A program made the translations under genes and the position numbers. Of a DNA stretch of 64,000 nucleotides, positions 1 to 9,409 are shown piece after piece (the first letter of the stretch is position 1; each line of letters begins with the position of its first letter). A model generated the notes under the pieces. The model was not told the DNA's origin. It did no database searches and worked only from the letters and a program-made list of their open reading frames with translations. The DNA lies in assembly GCA_002011035.2 (NCBI GenBank), contig MTLY02000002.1, positions 192,001 through 256,000 on the forward strand, in the 5' to 3' direction. The DNA comes from Candidatus Hecatella orcuttiae (GTDB lineage: Archaea; Thermoproteota; Bathyarchaeia; Hecatellales; Hecatellaceae).

Positions 1-1
1 T

Positions 2-271
2 CGTTTTGTACGGCATCCTCAATACCTAGGACTGATGCTTCTCACCTTAGGCTGGTTGGTACATTGGCCGACCATCATAGGCGCGGCGATGTGGCCTTTT
101 CTGGTTCTTCTATACTATCGGCTGGCGAGAAGAGAGGAAAAAGATCTGGAAATGAAGTTTGGAGAAAGATTTCACAAATACAGGAATACTGTTCCTATGC
201 TTCTGCCAAAATCGAAGTTTAAATTACTCGTTATAGGGAATAATAAAAAAATGAGGGAATCACATGGCTAA
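2..271 (+). CDS. Isoprenylcysteine carboxyl methyltransferase (ICMT/PEMT)-family membrane protein, 5'-truncated by window edge
   Basis: Frame is open from base 2: [10 protein letters not shown], then a hydrophobic segment and REE..L...FG..F..Y...VP, the typical C-terminal motifs of this family. Confidence 0.8.
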   Translation, partial: RFVRHPQYLGLMLLTLGWLVHWPTIIGAAMWPFLVLLYYRLARREEKDLEMKFGERFHKYRNTVPMLLPKSKFKLLVIGNNKKMRESHG

Positions 272-2345
272 AGACCCGATTTGCGGCATGTATGTGGACG
301 AAAACAAGAAAGAAGTCATCAAACGAGAGGTTAGAGGGCGAACATACTATTTCTGCAGTGAAAACTGTGCCGAGACGTTCATGAGGCCTGAGGTTGAATT
401 GCGAAATCTTAAACGACTCGTAATATTCAGTTGGATCTTAGGAATTTTGACGTTTACCTTCACCTACATAAAGGTCTTGCCGGCTTTACCTAACAATGTT
501 TGGCTCTTTATTTTCGCCACACCGGTTCAATTTGTAGCCGGGTATAGATTCTATCGAGGTACCTGGGACGCTTTGAAGAGTAGAAACGCCAACATGCACA
601 CGTTGATAGCCATAGGTACTTCTGCAGCATGGCTCTACAGCACTATCGTTACCTTTTTTCCTAACTTCTTTCCTAGAGCGGAAGTATACTTCGACACGGC
701 CACCTTAATTATTGCGCTGATACTTACGGGAAGACTATTCGAGGATATTGCCAAGGGTAAAGCCTCGGATGCGGTCAGAAAACTGATGGATCTTCAACCA
801 AAATTAGCCCGATTGATAAAAGATGGAAAAGAAATTGAAGTTCCCGTCGAAAAAATTCAGTTGGGCGACATCTTAATCGTCAGGTCTGGAGAGAAAATTC
901 CTACCGATGGTATAGTGATTGAGGGCCACTCCTCTGTTGACGAGAAGATGATCACTGGCGAAAGCATGCCGGTTGGAAAAAAAGTGGGTGACGAAGTTAT
1001 CGGCGCCACTATCAATAAAGTTGGGATGCTGAAGATAAAGGCAACAAAAGTCGGTGCGGACACAACTCTATCCCAGATAATAAAGTTGGTTGAGGAGGCT
1101 CAAATATCACGGGCCCCTATACAACGGCTGGCTGATGTGGTATCGTCCTACTTCGTCCCCATAGTCATCTTGGTAGCAGGTATTGCGTTCTTTGTATGGT
1201 ATCTGATAGGTTTGCAGAGCTTCCAGTTCTCCCTCACCGTAGCCATAGCTGTCCTCATCATCGCTTGTCCTTGCGCCTTAGGAATAGCGACACCTATGGC
1301 CATCATGGTTGGAACGGGAAAAGGGGCTGAAAACGGCATTCTCATCAAAGGAGGAGAATACCTTGAGAAAGCCCACAAGCTTCAAGCCATGGTCTTTGAC
1401 AAGACGGGAACCTTGACCAAGGGAGAACCCTCCTTAACTGACATCATTCCACTCAGTGGGCTGAATGAAGAGGAAGTATTAAAGCTGGCCGCCATCGCCG
1501 AGAAAGGCTCAGAGCATCCTCTAGGAGAAGCCATCATTCGGGGCGCTAAGGATAAAGGAATAGATATCCCTGACCCTGCAAAGTTCGACGTTGTTCCAGG
1601 GCATGGAGTGAAAGCGGAATACAATGGTAAAAAAATATTGCTCGGAAATAGGAAGCTCATGAAAGATAACAAGATAGACATAGAAAAACTTGAAGACAAA
1701 ATTAGCGCACTCGAAGAAGAAGGTAAGACGGCGATGGTGCTTGCTTTGGACGGGAAGGTGATTGGGATAGTTGCTGTGGCAGACACATTGAAGGATTATT
1801 CAAAAGAGGCAATAGAAGCCTTGCAGAGCATGGGAATTGATGTCATTATTCTCACCGGAGACAATAAGAGAACCGCAGACGCCATCGCCAGAAAACTTGG
1901 GATCAAACGGGTTTTGGCAGAGGTGTTACCGAAGGATAAAGTCAACGAAATTAAACGTCTTCAACAAGAAGGCAGAATTGTAGGGATGGTGGGGGATGGA
2001 ATAAACGATGCACCTGCATTGGCTCAAGCAGACATAGGCATTGCCATTGGAAGCGGAACCGATGTGGCCAAAGAAACTGGCGGCATTCTGCTGATCAAGG
2101 AAGACTTGAGAGACGTTGTAACTGCGATAAAACTGAGCAGAAAAACTGTTAGAAAGATCAAACAGAATCTCTTCTGGGCGTTCGCCTACAACACTGCCTT
2201 AATCCCTGTGGCAGCGGGAATACTATACCCTTCCTTCAACATACTACTTCATCCTATTTTTGCGGCTGCAGCTATGGGGCTCAGCTCCTTGACTGTGGTC
2301 GGAAACTCGATGCTCCTCAGGAGATTTAAACCTGAAAGGAGGTGA
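264..2345 (+). CDS. copA: Cu(I)-translocating P1B-type ATPase with N-terminal YHS/TRASH domain
   Basis: TGES, CPC, DKTGT, SEHP and GDGINDAP motifs; YN and MxxSS Cu+ ligands in the last TM helices; N-terminus DPICGM...YYFCS..C. Confidence 0.95.
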   Translation: MAKDPICGMYVDENKKEVIKREVRGRTYYFCSENCAETFMRPEVELRNLKRLVIFSWILGILTFTFTYIKVLPALPNNVWLFIFATPVQFVAGYRFYRGTWDALKSRNANMHTLIAIGTSAAWLYSTIVTFFPNFFPRAEVYFDTATLIIALILTGRLFEDIAKGKASDAVRKLMDLQPKLARLIKDGKEIEVPVEKIQLGDILIVRSGEKIPTDGIVIEGHSSVDEKMITGESMPVGKKVGDEVIGATINKVGMLKIKATKVGADTTLSQIIKLVEEAQISRAPIQRLADVVSSYFVPIVILVAGIAFFVWYLIGLQSFQFSLTVAIAVLIIACPCALGIATPMAIMVGTGKGAENGILIKGGEYLEKAHKLQAMVFDKTGTLTKGEPSLTDIIPLSGLNEEEVLKLAAIAEKGSEHPLGEAIIRGAKDKGIDIPDPAKFDVVPGHGVKAEYNGKKILLGNRKLMKDNKIDIEKLEDKISALEEEGKTAMVLALDGKVIGIVAVADTLKDYSKEAIEALQSMGIDVIILTGDNKRTADAIARKLGIKRVLAEVLPKDKVNEIKRLQQEGRIVGMVGDGINDAPALAQADIGIAIGSGTDVAKETGGILLIKEDLRDVVTAIKLSRKTVRKIKQNLFWAFAYNTALIPVAAGILYPSFNILLHPIFAAAAMGLSSLTVVGNSMLLRRFKPERR

Positions 2346-2349
2346 TATC

Positions 2350-2493
2350 TTGGCGAAAGATCCTATATGTGGAATGGATGTGGACGAAGAGAAAATCCAA
2401 TACAAGTCTGAACATGCGGGAAAAACTTATTATTTTTGCAGCCCAACTTGTAAGTCTGAATTTGACAGAAACCCTGAAAAACACGCAAGATAG
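2350..2493 (+). CDS. Small YHS/TRASH metal-binding protein, 47 aa (not in ORF track)
   Basis: Manual translation from TTG 2350: [47 protein letters not shown], preceded by the SD GGAGGTGA. Confidence 0.9.
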   Translation: MAKDPICGMDVDEEKIQYKSEHAGKTYYFCSPTCKSEFDRNPEKHAR

Positions 2494-2508
2494 GAGAAAA
2501 CCGAACCG

Positions 2509-2769
2509 ATGGAAGAGAAACACATCCGCAAGATTTTACCTGTAAGGGGTATGCCATGCGCTTCCTGCACCCTGACGATAGAGAAGGAACTGAAGAAACT
2601 GGAAGGTGTAAAGGATGCACAGGTGAGCTACTTGATGGAGAAGGTTGCTGTAACCTACGACCCTGAAAAAGTCGGAATCCCTGACATAGAGGGCAGAATC
2701 GAAAAGCTTGGCTACAAGCTTGCCTACAAGAAATATAAAAGCTTCTTCAGCAGAATACTCAGAACTTGA
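2509..2769 (+). CDS. Heavy-metal-associated (HMA) domain copper chaperone, CopZ-like
   Basis: GMPCASC motif plus GV..A.V and V.YD...I...GY HMA pattern; downstream of copA. Confidence 0.9.
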   Translation: MEEKHIRKILPVRGMPCASCTLTIEKELKKLEGVKDAQVSYLMEKVAVTYDPEKVGIPDIEGRIEKLGYKLAYKKYKSFFSRILRT

Positions 2770-2809
2770 GTTTAAAAAACCCTCTGTCGGAGGAGCCTCA
2801 TTTTCTTTT

Positions 2810-3493
2810 TTAGAAGAAACGGGAAAGTTTCGACTGGGTTATTTTTTCCAGAATTTCTCGCCTTGTTTCCCATTCCAACCTGACGATTTCCGGAAACTTC
2901 TTGTGCTTTCTAAAATATTTTTCCAGAAAACTGATCGTAACCTCATCTGAAGGATACCCCGAACCCATAGGCCCGTACTTTTTACAGTATTCTTCCATGA
3001 TCATGTCTCTTCTCACCTTTGCAAGTATTGAGGCTGCGCTCACAATGGGGTATTTCTTGTCAGCGAAATTTTCAGCTATAATTTTACCTCGATGTGTTTT
3101 CAGAAAATTTTTGAGGACGTTGAGAAAATTTTCAGGAGCAGAAGCAGGCGCATCTATGTACGTGACATCAGGGTTGAACCTTTCCATTATCTCCGCCATT
3201 TTCCGAGCTTCAAGCACGTTCAATTTCCCCCGCCTGACCGCCTCGTCTATCTCCCTTGGGTAGACCTCCACCATGTGAAAGCCTTGAATTGTCTTCATTA
3301 TCTTACTTTTCAACTCGACTCTTTTTTGACGGGTCAATTCCTTGGAGTCCTTCACACCCAATTCTTCGAGACGCCGGATGGATTCCTCCGTGGCTACGAC
3401 CCCGCAGACTATCATGGGGCCGATGACAGGTCCTCTTCCCGCCTCGTCGACGCCTAGGATCTTTTCCGTAGGTGTATCCCCGCCTGAAACCAT
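2810..3493 (-). CDS. rnhB: Ribonuclease HII
   Basis: GVDEAGRGPVIGP, DSK, SAASILAKV.RD, GSGYPSD. Confidence 0.97.
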   Translation of the reverse strand: MVSGGDTPTEKILGVDEAGRGPVIGPMIVCGVVATEESIRRLEELGVKDSKELTRQKRVELKSKIMKTIQGFHMVEVYPREIDEAVRRGKLNVLEARKMAEIMERFNPDVTYIDAPASAPENFLNVLKNFLKTHRGKIIAENFADKKYPIVSAASILAKVRRDMIMEEYCKKYGPMGSGYPSDEVTISFLEKYFRKHKKFPEIVRLEWETRREILEKITQSKLSRFF

Positions 3494-3550
3494 GTGAATT
3501 GGCTGCTGTGCATTCCACCTTTTCCCAAGTTTGGGGCAAGTGAAAGTAGG

Positions 3551-3847
3551 TTAAGCTCTAGTTTTCAATGCTTCCAGTCTGGTCTTGTGTTTTTCCAGCG
3601 CCTTCATAAACGCATCGGAGGCATCCTTCCCAAGCCAGTTTAGGTAGGCTAGGCTGCAGACAATCAAGTCCGCTATGTCAACTTCGATTTCAGGCGCCTC
3701 CCGGCCTTTGTGCATGTACTTCTCAGAAACTTGACCTAACTGCTCGGTGAGAAGTGTTATAAAGAAGGCGGAGGTGTAAGCTTTTTTCTCGTCATATTCC
3801 TTCGATATTTCCTGCACAGCTTTCTGCGCTTCCCTTAAATGATGCAT
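3551..3847 (-). CDS. Small MazG-like all-alpha NTP pyrophosphatase-fold protein with degenerate motif
   Basis: LTEQLGQV...EVDIADL resembles the MazG EExxE...ExxD pattern; 98 aa. Confidence 0.55.
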   Translation of the reverse strand: MHHLREAQKAVQEISKEYDEKKAYTSAFFITLLTEQLGQVSEKYMHKGREAPEIEVDIADLIVCSLAYLNWLGKDASDAFMKALEKHKTRLEALKTRA

Positions 3848-4041
3848 AGGAATCCCTCCCTTGAATAGTAAACAATGCCTTTAAAGAAAAAAGTTAGGTT
3901 AAGCGCCTAAACCCGAAGCCTGTCTTCGAAGTACAAAGCACGACTCAGACACGGTTTTTCGGCTTAAATTACTCCATGGTTGTAGCGAAGCTTAAATGTG
4001 TTAGAGGTTTACATTAAACCAAAATCGTCGGAGTTTGAAAC

Positions 4042-5301
4042 TTGAAACACCATAGAGTTAAGGACCTATCCTTAGCCGAAGACGGCCGGAAGACTGTGGA
4101 GTGGGCTGAAAGCAAGATGCCTGTCTTGCTGAAGGTGAGGGAGGACTTTAAAAAACGCAGGCCCCTAGAGGGCTTGAGAATAGGAGCCTGCCTCCACGTC
4201 ACCAAGGAAACAGCAGTCTTGGTTAGGACTTTGAAGGCAGGAGGGGCCGAGGTGGCCCTCTGCGCCTCAAACCCCCTTTCCACCCAGGACACTGTGGCGG
4301 CCGCCTTGGCTGAGGAGGGGGTGAAGGTCTACGCTTGGAGAGGACAATCCAGCGAGGAATATTATCAGTGCATTCAAGATGTCCTGCAACATAGGCCGGA
4401 GGTCACTGTGGACGACGGAGCCGACCTCATCACCACCATCCACAGCAAACGCCAAGACCTCTTAGGCGAGATACGGGGAGGCACCGAAGAAACAACCACG
4501 GGAGTTGTGAGGCTGAGGGCCATGGCCCGAGACGGCAACCTCCGCTATCCTGTGATAGCCGTCAACGACGCCTACACCAAATATCTTTTCGACAACCGAT
4601 ATGGAACAGGCCAAAGCACCATCGACGGCATCCTCAGAGCTACAAGCATGCTGCTGGCTGGGAAAAACTTCGTGGTGGTCGGCTACGGCTGGTGCGGCCG
4701 AGGCATAGCCCTCAGAGCTCGAGGAATGGGAGCTCAGGTCATAATATCCGAAGTAGAACCCTTGAAGGCCTTGGAAGCCTTGATGGATGGTTTCCAAGTT
4801 ATGCCCCTCTCCAAGGCTGCGGAGATTGGCGACATTTTCGTCACCGCCACGGGGAACATCAACGTCATCCGCGGGGAGCACTTCGCCAAAATGAAAGATG
4901 GCACTGTTTTGGCGAATTCAGGGCATTTCAACGTAGAATTGGCCCTCCCTCAACTGGAGGAGATGACTGTCTCCAAGAGGACTATCAGGCCCAACGTGGA
5001 GGAGTTCCACCTCAAAAATGGAAGAAAGCTTTACCTCTTAGCCGAGGGCAGACTGGTGAATTTGGCAGCGGCAGAGGGTCATCCTCCCGAAGTGATGATG
5101 ATGTCCTTCGCCAACCAGGCTTTATGCATAGAATACCTGAAAAACAAAGGCAGAGAATTGAAGCCCCAAGTTTACAAGGTCCCGGAAAACATTGACAGAA
5201 GAGTCGCAACCTTGGCTTTGAAAGCCCACGGCATAAAGCTGGATGAACTCACGGAGGAGCAGAGAGATTATCTTCAAAGCTGGGAGTTGGGAACGGTTTA
5301 A
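4042..5301 (+). CDS. ahcY: Adenosylhomocysteinase
   Basis: [46 protein letters not shown]. Confidence 0.98.
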   Translation: MKHHRVKDLSLAEDGRKTVEWAESKMPVLLKVREDFKKRRPLEGLRIGACLHVTKETAVLVRTLKAGGAEVALCASNPLSTQDTVAAALAEEGVKVYAWRGQSSEEYYQCIQDVLQHRPEVTVDDGADLITTIHSKRQDLLGEIRGGTEETTTGVVRLRAMARDGNLRYPVIAVNDAYTKYLFDNRYGTGQSTIDGILRATSMLLAGKNFVVVGYGWCGRGIALRARGMGAQVIISEVEPLKALEALMDGFQVMPLSKAAEIGDIFVTATGNINVIRGEHFAKMKDGTVLANSGHFNVELALPQLEEMTVSKRTIRPNVEEFHLKNGRKLYLLAEGRLVNLAAAEGHPPEVMMMSFANQALCIEYLKNKGRELKPQVYKVPENIDRRVATLALKAHGIKLDELTEEQRDYLQSWELGTV

Positions 5302-5324
5302 AAGGAAAACCGTCTGATAATCTA

Positions 5325-5753
5325 TTGTGGGAAAGACACTTGGTTGACGTCACTGAATACGAAAAACAGTTAGACCGCCTCTACGCAAAGCTACCTAAGA
5401 CCTTGAGTGTAAAGGAAAGGTTCGAGGTTCCTGAACCTCAAACACTCATCTTCGGAAATCGAACTTTCATAAAGAATTTTAAAGCGATAAGCGACAGCCT
5501 TAACAGAAGCGAGCAGCATCTTTTAAGGTTTTTAGCCAAAGAACTGGCAACCGCAGGTAGCTTAGAGGGAGGTCAAGGAGTATTCCAAGGGAAGTTTAAC
5601 TTCACGGTAATAAAGCAGTTGATTGAAAACTACATCAAAGAATACGTTACATGCCCTGTTTGCCGAAGCCCAGATACAAGGCTTGTTAAAGAGGAAAGAT
5701 TCCGCTTTCTAATCTGCGAAGCATGTGGAGCCAAATCCTCCGTAAGAGGCTAA
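5325..5753 (+). CDS. eif2b: Translation initiation factor aIF-2 beta subunit
   Basis: ERFEVP, ELATAG, C-terminal CPVC..PDT...CEACGA zinc ribbon; true start may be TTG 5340. Confidence 0.95.
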   Translation: MWERHLVDVTEYEKQLDRLYAKLPKTLSVKERFEVPEPQTLIFGNRTFIKNFKAISDSLNRSEQHLLRFLAKELATAGSLEGGQGVFQGKFNFTVIKQLIENYIKEYVTCPVCRSPDTRLVKEERFRFLICEACGAKSSVRG

Positions 5754-5759
5754 AGATGG

Positions 5760-6083
5760 TTGAAAAAACAATCCTCACAACATCAAGTCTACGTGAAGAT
5801 GGTGAAGGTCAGAAATGATACCGTGGTCGCTGTATGTGACGAGGAATTGTTGGGGAAAAAATTTGAGGATAAAAAGCGAGGTCTAAAACTGGAAGTAAAG
5901 GAGACTTTCTACAAAGGCTCAAAGATGGGGCTGGAAAACTGCATAGAGTATGTTAAGGCGGGCTCTATCGTCAATCTTGTCGGCTCGAGAATCGTTAGAA
6001 AAGCAGCCGAATGCGGGCTGATAAATCCCATCGCAGTGATAGTGATAGCCGGGGTTCCCCATGCCCAGCTGATAAAGATGTAA
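5760..6083 (+). CDS. DUF424 family protein
   Basis: VAVCDEELLGK, FY.G, NLVG, GVPHAQ; usual neighbour of aIF-2beta. Confidence 0.85.
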   Translation: MKKQSSQHQVYVKMVKVRNDTVVAVCDEELLGKKFEDKKRGLKLEVKETFYKGSKMGLENCIEYVKAGSIVNLVGSRIVRKAAECGLINPIAVIVIAGVPHAQLIKM

Positions 6084-6171
6084 AAAAATAAAAGTAAACT
6101 AGTGCACGCTGCTTATGAGAAAGGTTATATTTTGCCTGTTTATCAATAGAAAATAGTTTGTTGGTGAAAAT

Positions 6172-6474
6172 TTGAAGAGGAAGGTTCTGAGCGAAGAAGA
6201 GCTGAAAGAATTAATCCTTCCGGGAGAAGGCCAAGTTCTAGGCATAGTTGTGAAGATGCTGGGATTTGACAGAGTTGTGGTCAGGTGCACCGATGGGAAA
6301 GAAAGGTTCTGCAGAATAAGGGGGAAGATGAAAAGGCGAGTGTGGATCAGGGAAGGTGATGTGGTGCTTGTCTCTCCGTGGGAATTTCAAAGCGACAGTA
6401 AAGGCGACATAGAGTGGAGATACACAAAAAATCAAGCTGACTGGTTAAGGAAAAACCATTATTTGAATATGTGA
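6172..6474 (+). CDS. eif1a: Translation initiation factor aIF-1A
   Basis: CRIRGKMKRRVWIREGDVVLVSPW, KGDI.WRY. Confidence 0.97.
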   Translation: MKRKVLSEEELKELILPGEGQVLGIVVKMLGFDRVVVRCTDGKERFCRIRGKMKRRVWIREGDVVLVSPWEFQSDSKGDIEWRYTKNQADWLRKNHYLNM

Positions 6475-6525
6475 TTTGCCAGCCTTTCATTCCCTGCAAT
6501 TATTAGACGGGGAAAACCGAAAACC

Positions 6526-7320
6526 TTGCCTAAAAATAAAATCGAAAAAAAACTCTTCATCCGGGAACGATACTACGACAAAGCGCAACGTATGAAGATA
6601 AAACGTTCAGAAGAATACGAAGTTCTCGAAGAAGTCTTCGACAAACCTACCCTTATGACAATTTACCACTTGATGAATCAGAAGGTCATAGACAAACTTC
6701 ATGGGGCTGTGAAAAGCGGGAAAGAGTCTAAAATTTTCTGGGCCATCGCTCCCTCAGGAGCGGAACTTGCGGTGAAAATATATCTCACTGTTTCCGCAGA
6801 GTTTAGGAAAGGAATGCTCCCTTACCTTGCAGGCGACCCGCGTTTCAAACGCGTGAAGAGCGGTAAACCTCTTATCTATACTTGGGCTGAAAAAGAATTT
6901 AAGAACCTTAAAATCGCCCTCAAAGCAGGCGTTCGAGTTCCCACACCCTACGCTGTGAGAAACAATGTTTTAGTCATGGAATTTATAGGGGAAAAAGGGG
7001 TTCCTTCTCCTCTTTTAAAGGATCTACCTCCTCCCAGCCCTCAAGAAAGTTATTTAAAGCTGCTGGAGTACGTAAAACTGTTGTACAGCAAAGGCAACCT
7101 AGTTCACGGGGACTTGAGCGAATATAATGTGATGATACACCGCGGAGAACCAGTTCTGTTCGATGTGTCCCAAGCCGTCCTCTTGAGTCATCCTCTCGCC
7201 GACCAACTTCTCCGCCGCGACATACGTAATTTAAACCAGTTTTTCAGAAAACTCGGCGTAAAAATTCAGGATGAAGAAAAAATATATGAGTGGGTGGTGG
7301 GAAATGGCTCAAGTGCTTAA
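6526..7320 (+). CDS. rio1: RIO1 serine protein kinase
   Basis: SGKES, AVKIY, WAEKEFKNL, HGDLSEYN, FDVSQAV. Confidence 0.95.
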   Translation: MPKNKIEKKLFIRERYYDKAQRMKIKRSEEYEVLEEVFDKPTLMTIYHLMNQKVIDKLHGAVKSGKESKIFWAIAPSGAELAVKIYLTVSAEFRKGMLPYLAGDPRFKRVKSGKPLIYTWAEKEFKNLKIALKAGVRVPTPYAVRNNVLVMEFIGEKGVPSPLLKDLPPPSPQESYLKLLEYVKLLYSKGNLVHGDLSEYNVMIHRGEPVLFDVSQAVLLSHPLADQLLRRDIRNLNQFFRKLGVKIQDEEKIYEWVVGNGSSA

Positions 7321-7864
7321 GGTGCGCATTCCCATCGAACGAGTCGGAGTACTCATAGGCCCTAAGGGGACTGTAAAAGAGCGAATAGAAAAAGCTTGCA
7401 ACGTAGACTTGATCGTAAACGGCGAGACAGGGGAAGTGGAAATTTCATGCAAGGATACCTCTGGCGATCCGTCCTCCATCCTGAAGGCTCAGAGCATAGT
7501 TTCAGCCATAGGCCGCGGTTTTTCTCCGAAAAAGTCTTTCCGCCTCATGGACGAGGAGGTGATGCTGGACATCTTAAACTTAAGGGATATAATTGGCAGG
7601 TCTAAGGCGGATATGGCCAGGATAAAAGGAAGACTTATCGGGAAGAAAGGCAAAACTAGAAAGATAATAGAGGAAACTTCAGGCGCTGACGTTTCCATCT
7701 ACGGTCATACCGTGGCTCTCCTAGGGAGATTGGAGGAATTGGAGGCAGCTAGAGAAGCGGTGCGAATGCTGATTGCGGGAAGCCAGCATGCCACCGTCTA
7801 TCGTTTCCTAGGCAGAAAGAGGCAGGAGATAAAGAGAGAAAAGTTGAAGCTTTGGGAGGAGTGA
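7304..7864 (+). CDS. KH-domain pre-rRNA processing protein (Dim2/Pno1-like)
   Basis: Two GxxG KH motifs (IGPKG, IGKKG), AIGRGFSP, G..H..VY; conserved position after rio1; ATG 7304 preferred over 7271. Confidence 0.93.
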   Translation: MAQVLKVRIPIERVGVLIGPKGTVKERIEKACNVDLIVNGETGEVEISCKDTSGDPSSILKAQSIVSAIGRGFSPKKSFRLMDEEVMLDILNLRDIIGRSKADMARIKGRLIGKKGKTRKIIEETSGADVSIYGHTVALLGRLEELEAAREAVRMLIAGSQHATVYRFLGRKRQEIKREKLKLWEE

Positions 7865-7870
7865 AAAGAG

Positions 7871-9409
7871 ACGAGTTCTAGGGAAAATTTCTACGAGATC
7901 AGTCCTGCTGATTTCTTCTATCGAAACAAGGACATAGCCGGCTTCAGCAATCCTGCCAGAGCTATATATTCCGCTGTGAGGGAGCTTGTGGAAAACTCCT
8001 TAGATGCAGGGGAATTTTACAGGTATCCCCCAGACATCTACCTGAGGATAAGCTCCGAAGACGGAAAAGAAACTGAAGGGGCGACTGTTCATACCATAAG
8101 GGTTGAAGATAATGGCTCAGGTGTCCCAGCCCGCCACATCCCCTCGGCCTTCGGTCAGGTTTTCTACGGCTCTAAATATAAGCTCCGCCAGTCTAGGGGA
8201 ACCTTTGGGCTTGGAGGCACCATGGCCATCCTCTACGGTCAGATAACCACCAGCAAGCCTGTTAAGGTGATTTCCTCCACCGCGGGGAAGTGCATCCATG
8301 AATATGATGTACTCATCGACATCCGCCGCAACCGCCCTATGGTTTTGAGGCATAAAACCTACAATAACCCCGACCGATGGCACGGCACTGTCATCGAAAT
8401 CAAGATGGAAGGGGACTACAGCAGAGCCAGCGCAAAAGTCCTAGAGTACCTCAAGCAGACCGCCATCGTGGTTCCCTATGCCAACCTTTCCTTTGTAGAC
8501 CCTAAAGGCCGGCTTTACCGGTTTGAGAGAGCTACAAAAGAAATGCCCAAGCCGCCCACGGAGACAAAGCTTCATCCTTACGGCTCGGATGTGGAGACTC
8601 TTAAACGAATGGTTTCGACGACTTCCTGCAAGAACATGGTCAGTTTCATGATGGAGCACTTCCACAAGGTGGGGAGGAAAATGGCTTTAAACTTTCTGGA
8701 ATACGCCAAGATACCTCCCAAAAAGCGGCCTCACAGACTTAAGACTGAAGACCTTGTGAAACTGGCTAAAGCCATGAAAGAGTTCCCGCACTTCCGCGCC
8801 CCTTCCGCCGACTGTCTTTCCCCTCTGGGAGAAGACTTGCTCAGAACCGGGATTCAAAAGGAGTTGAAGCCTGAATTTGTGGCGGTTAGGCAGCGTAGTC
8901 CCTCCGTCTATTCCGGTTACCCTTTCATCGTGGAGGTGGCAGTAGCCTACGGGGGCGAGATTCCTAAAACGGGGTCTATCCTCCTTTACAGATTCGCCAA
9001 CAGGATACCTCTCCTCTACGACGAAGCCAGCGATGTGGCTTGGAAGGTGGTGAACGAGGAGGTGAACTGGAAATATTACAACGTAAACCCGGCAGAAGCC
9101 CCCTTAGCCGTCTTCGTCCACATATGCTCCACCAAGATACCCTACAGAAGCGTGGGCAAAGAGTTCGTTGCCGAGGTTCCGGAAATCGAGAGGGAGATTC
9201 TCAACGGAGTGAGGGAGGCCGCTCGGGAACTCTCCCTCTTTCTATCCCGCAGAAAAAGCGTGGAGCGGGAGAAACGCCGGTTAGACATTTTTGAAAGATT
9301 CCTTCCCAAGATCGCACGTTTCTCTTCCGAGTTAGCTGGGAAGGATAAAGTTCCTGAAGTTAAACCTTTGTTGAAGAGTGTGGCTAAGTATGGTGCGGAA
9401 GAAGACTGA
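7871..9409 (+). CDS. top6B: DNA topoisomerase VI subunit B (apparent ACG start at 7871; ORF track starts at GTG 7976)
   Basis: ELVENSLDA, DNGSG, GSKY..RQSRG..GLG, RFANRIPLLYD; the conserved EISPADFFYRN..IAGF.NPARA lies in frame upstream of 7976. Confidence 0.95.
   Translation, partial: TSSRENFYEISPADFFYRNKDIAGFSNPARAIYSAVRELVENSLDAGEFYRYPPDIYLRISSEDGKETEGATVHTIRVEDNGSGVPARHIPSAFGQVFYGSKYKLRQSRGTFGLGGTMAILYGQITTSKPVKVISSTAGKCIHEYDVLIDIRRNRPMVLRHKTYNNPDRWHGTVIEIKMEGDYSRASAKVLEYLKQTAIVVPYANLSFVDPKGRLYRFERATKEMPKPPTETKLHPYGSDVETLKRMVSTTSCKNMVSFMMEHFHKVGRKMALNFLEYAKIPPKKRPHRLKTEDLVKLAKAMKEFPHFRAPSADCLSPLGEDLLRTGIQKELKPEFVAVRQRSPSVYSGYPFIVEVAVAYGGEIPKTGSILLYRFANRIPLLYDEASDVAWKVVNEEVNWKYYNVNPAEAPLAVFVHICSTKIPYRSVGKEFVAEVPEIEREILNGVREAARELSLFLSRRKSVEREKRRLDIFERFLPKIARFSSELAGKDKVPEVKPLLKSVAKYGAEED

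Noticed and set aside
2342-2545. 67-aa ORF from the track
   Set aside because: Out-of-frame shadow of the real YHS gene at 2350-2493, which has an SD and a recognisable motif
7304-9409. KH-Top6B fusion by readthrough of the in-frame TGA at 7862 (e.g. selenocysteine)
   Set aside because: The KH protein ends at its normal position, the site is not Cys-homologous and I see no SECIS-like evidence; ACG initiation or a base error is simpler
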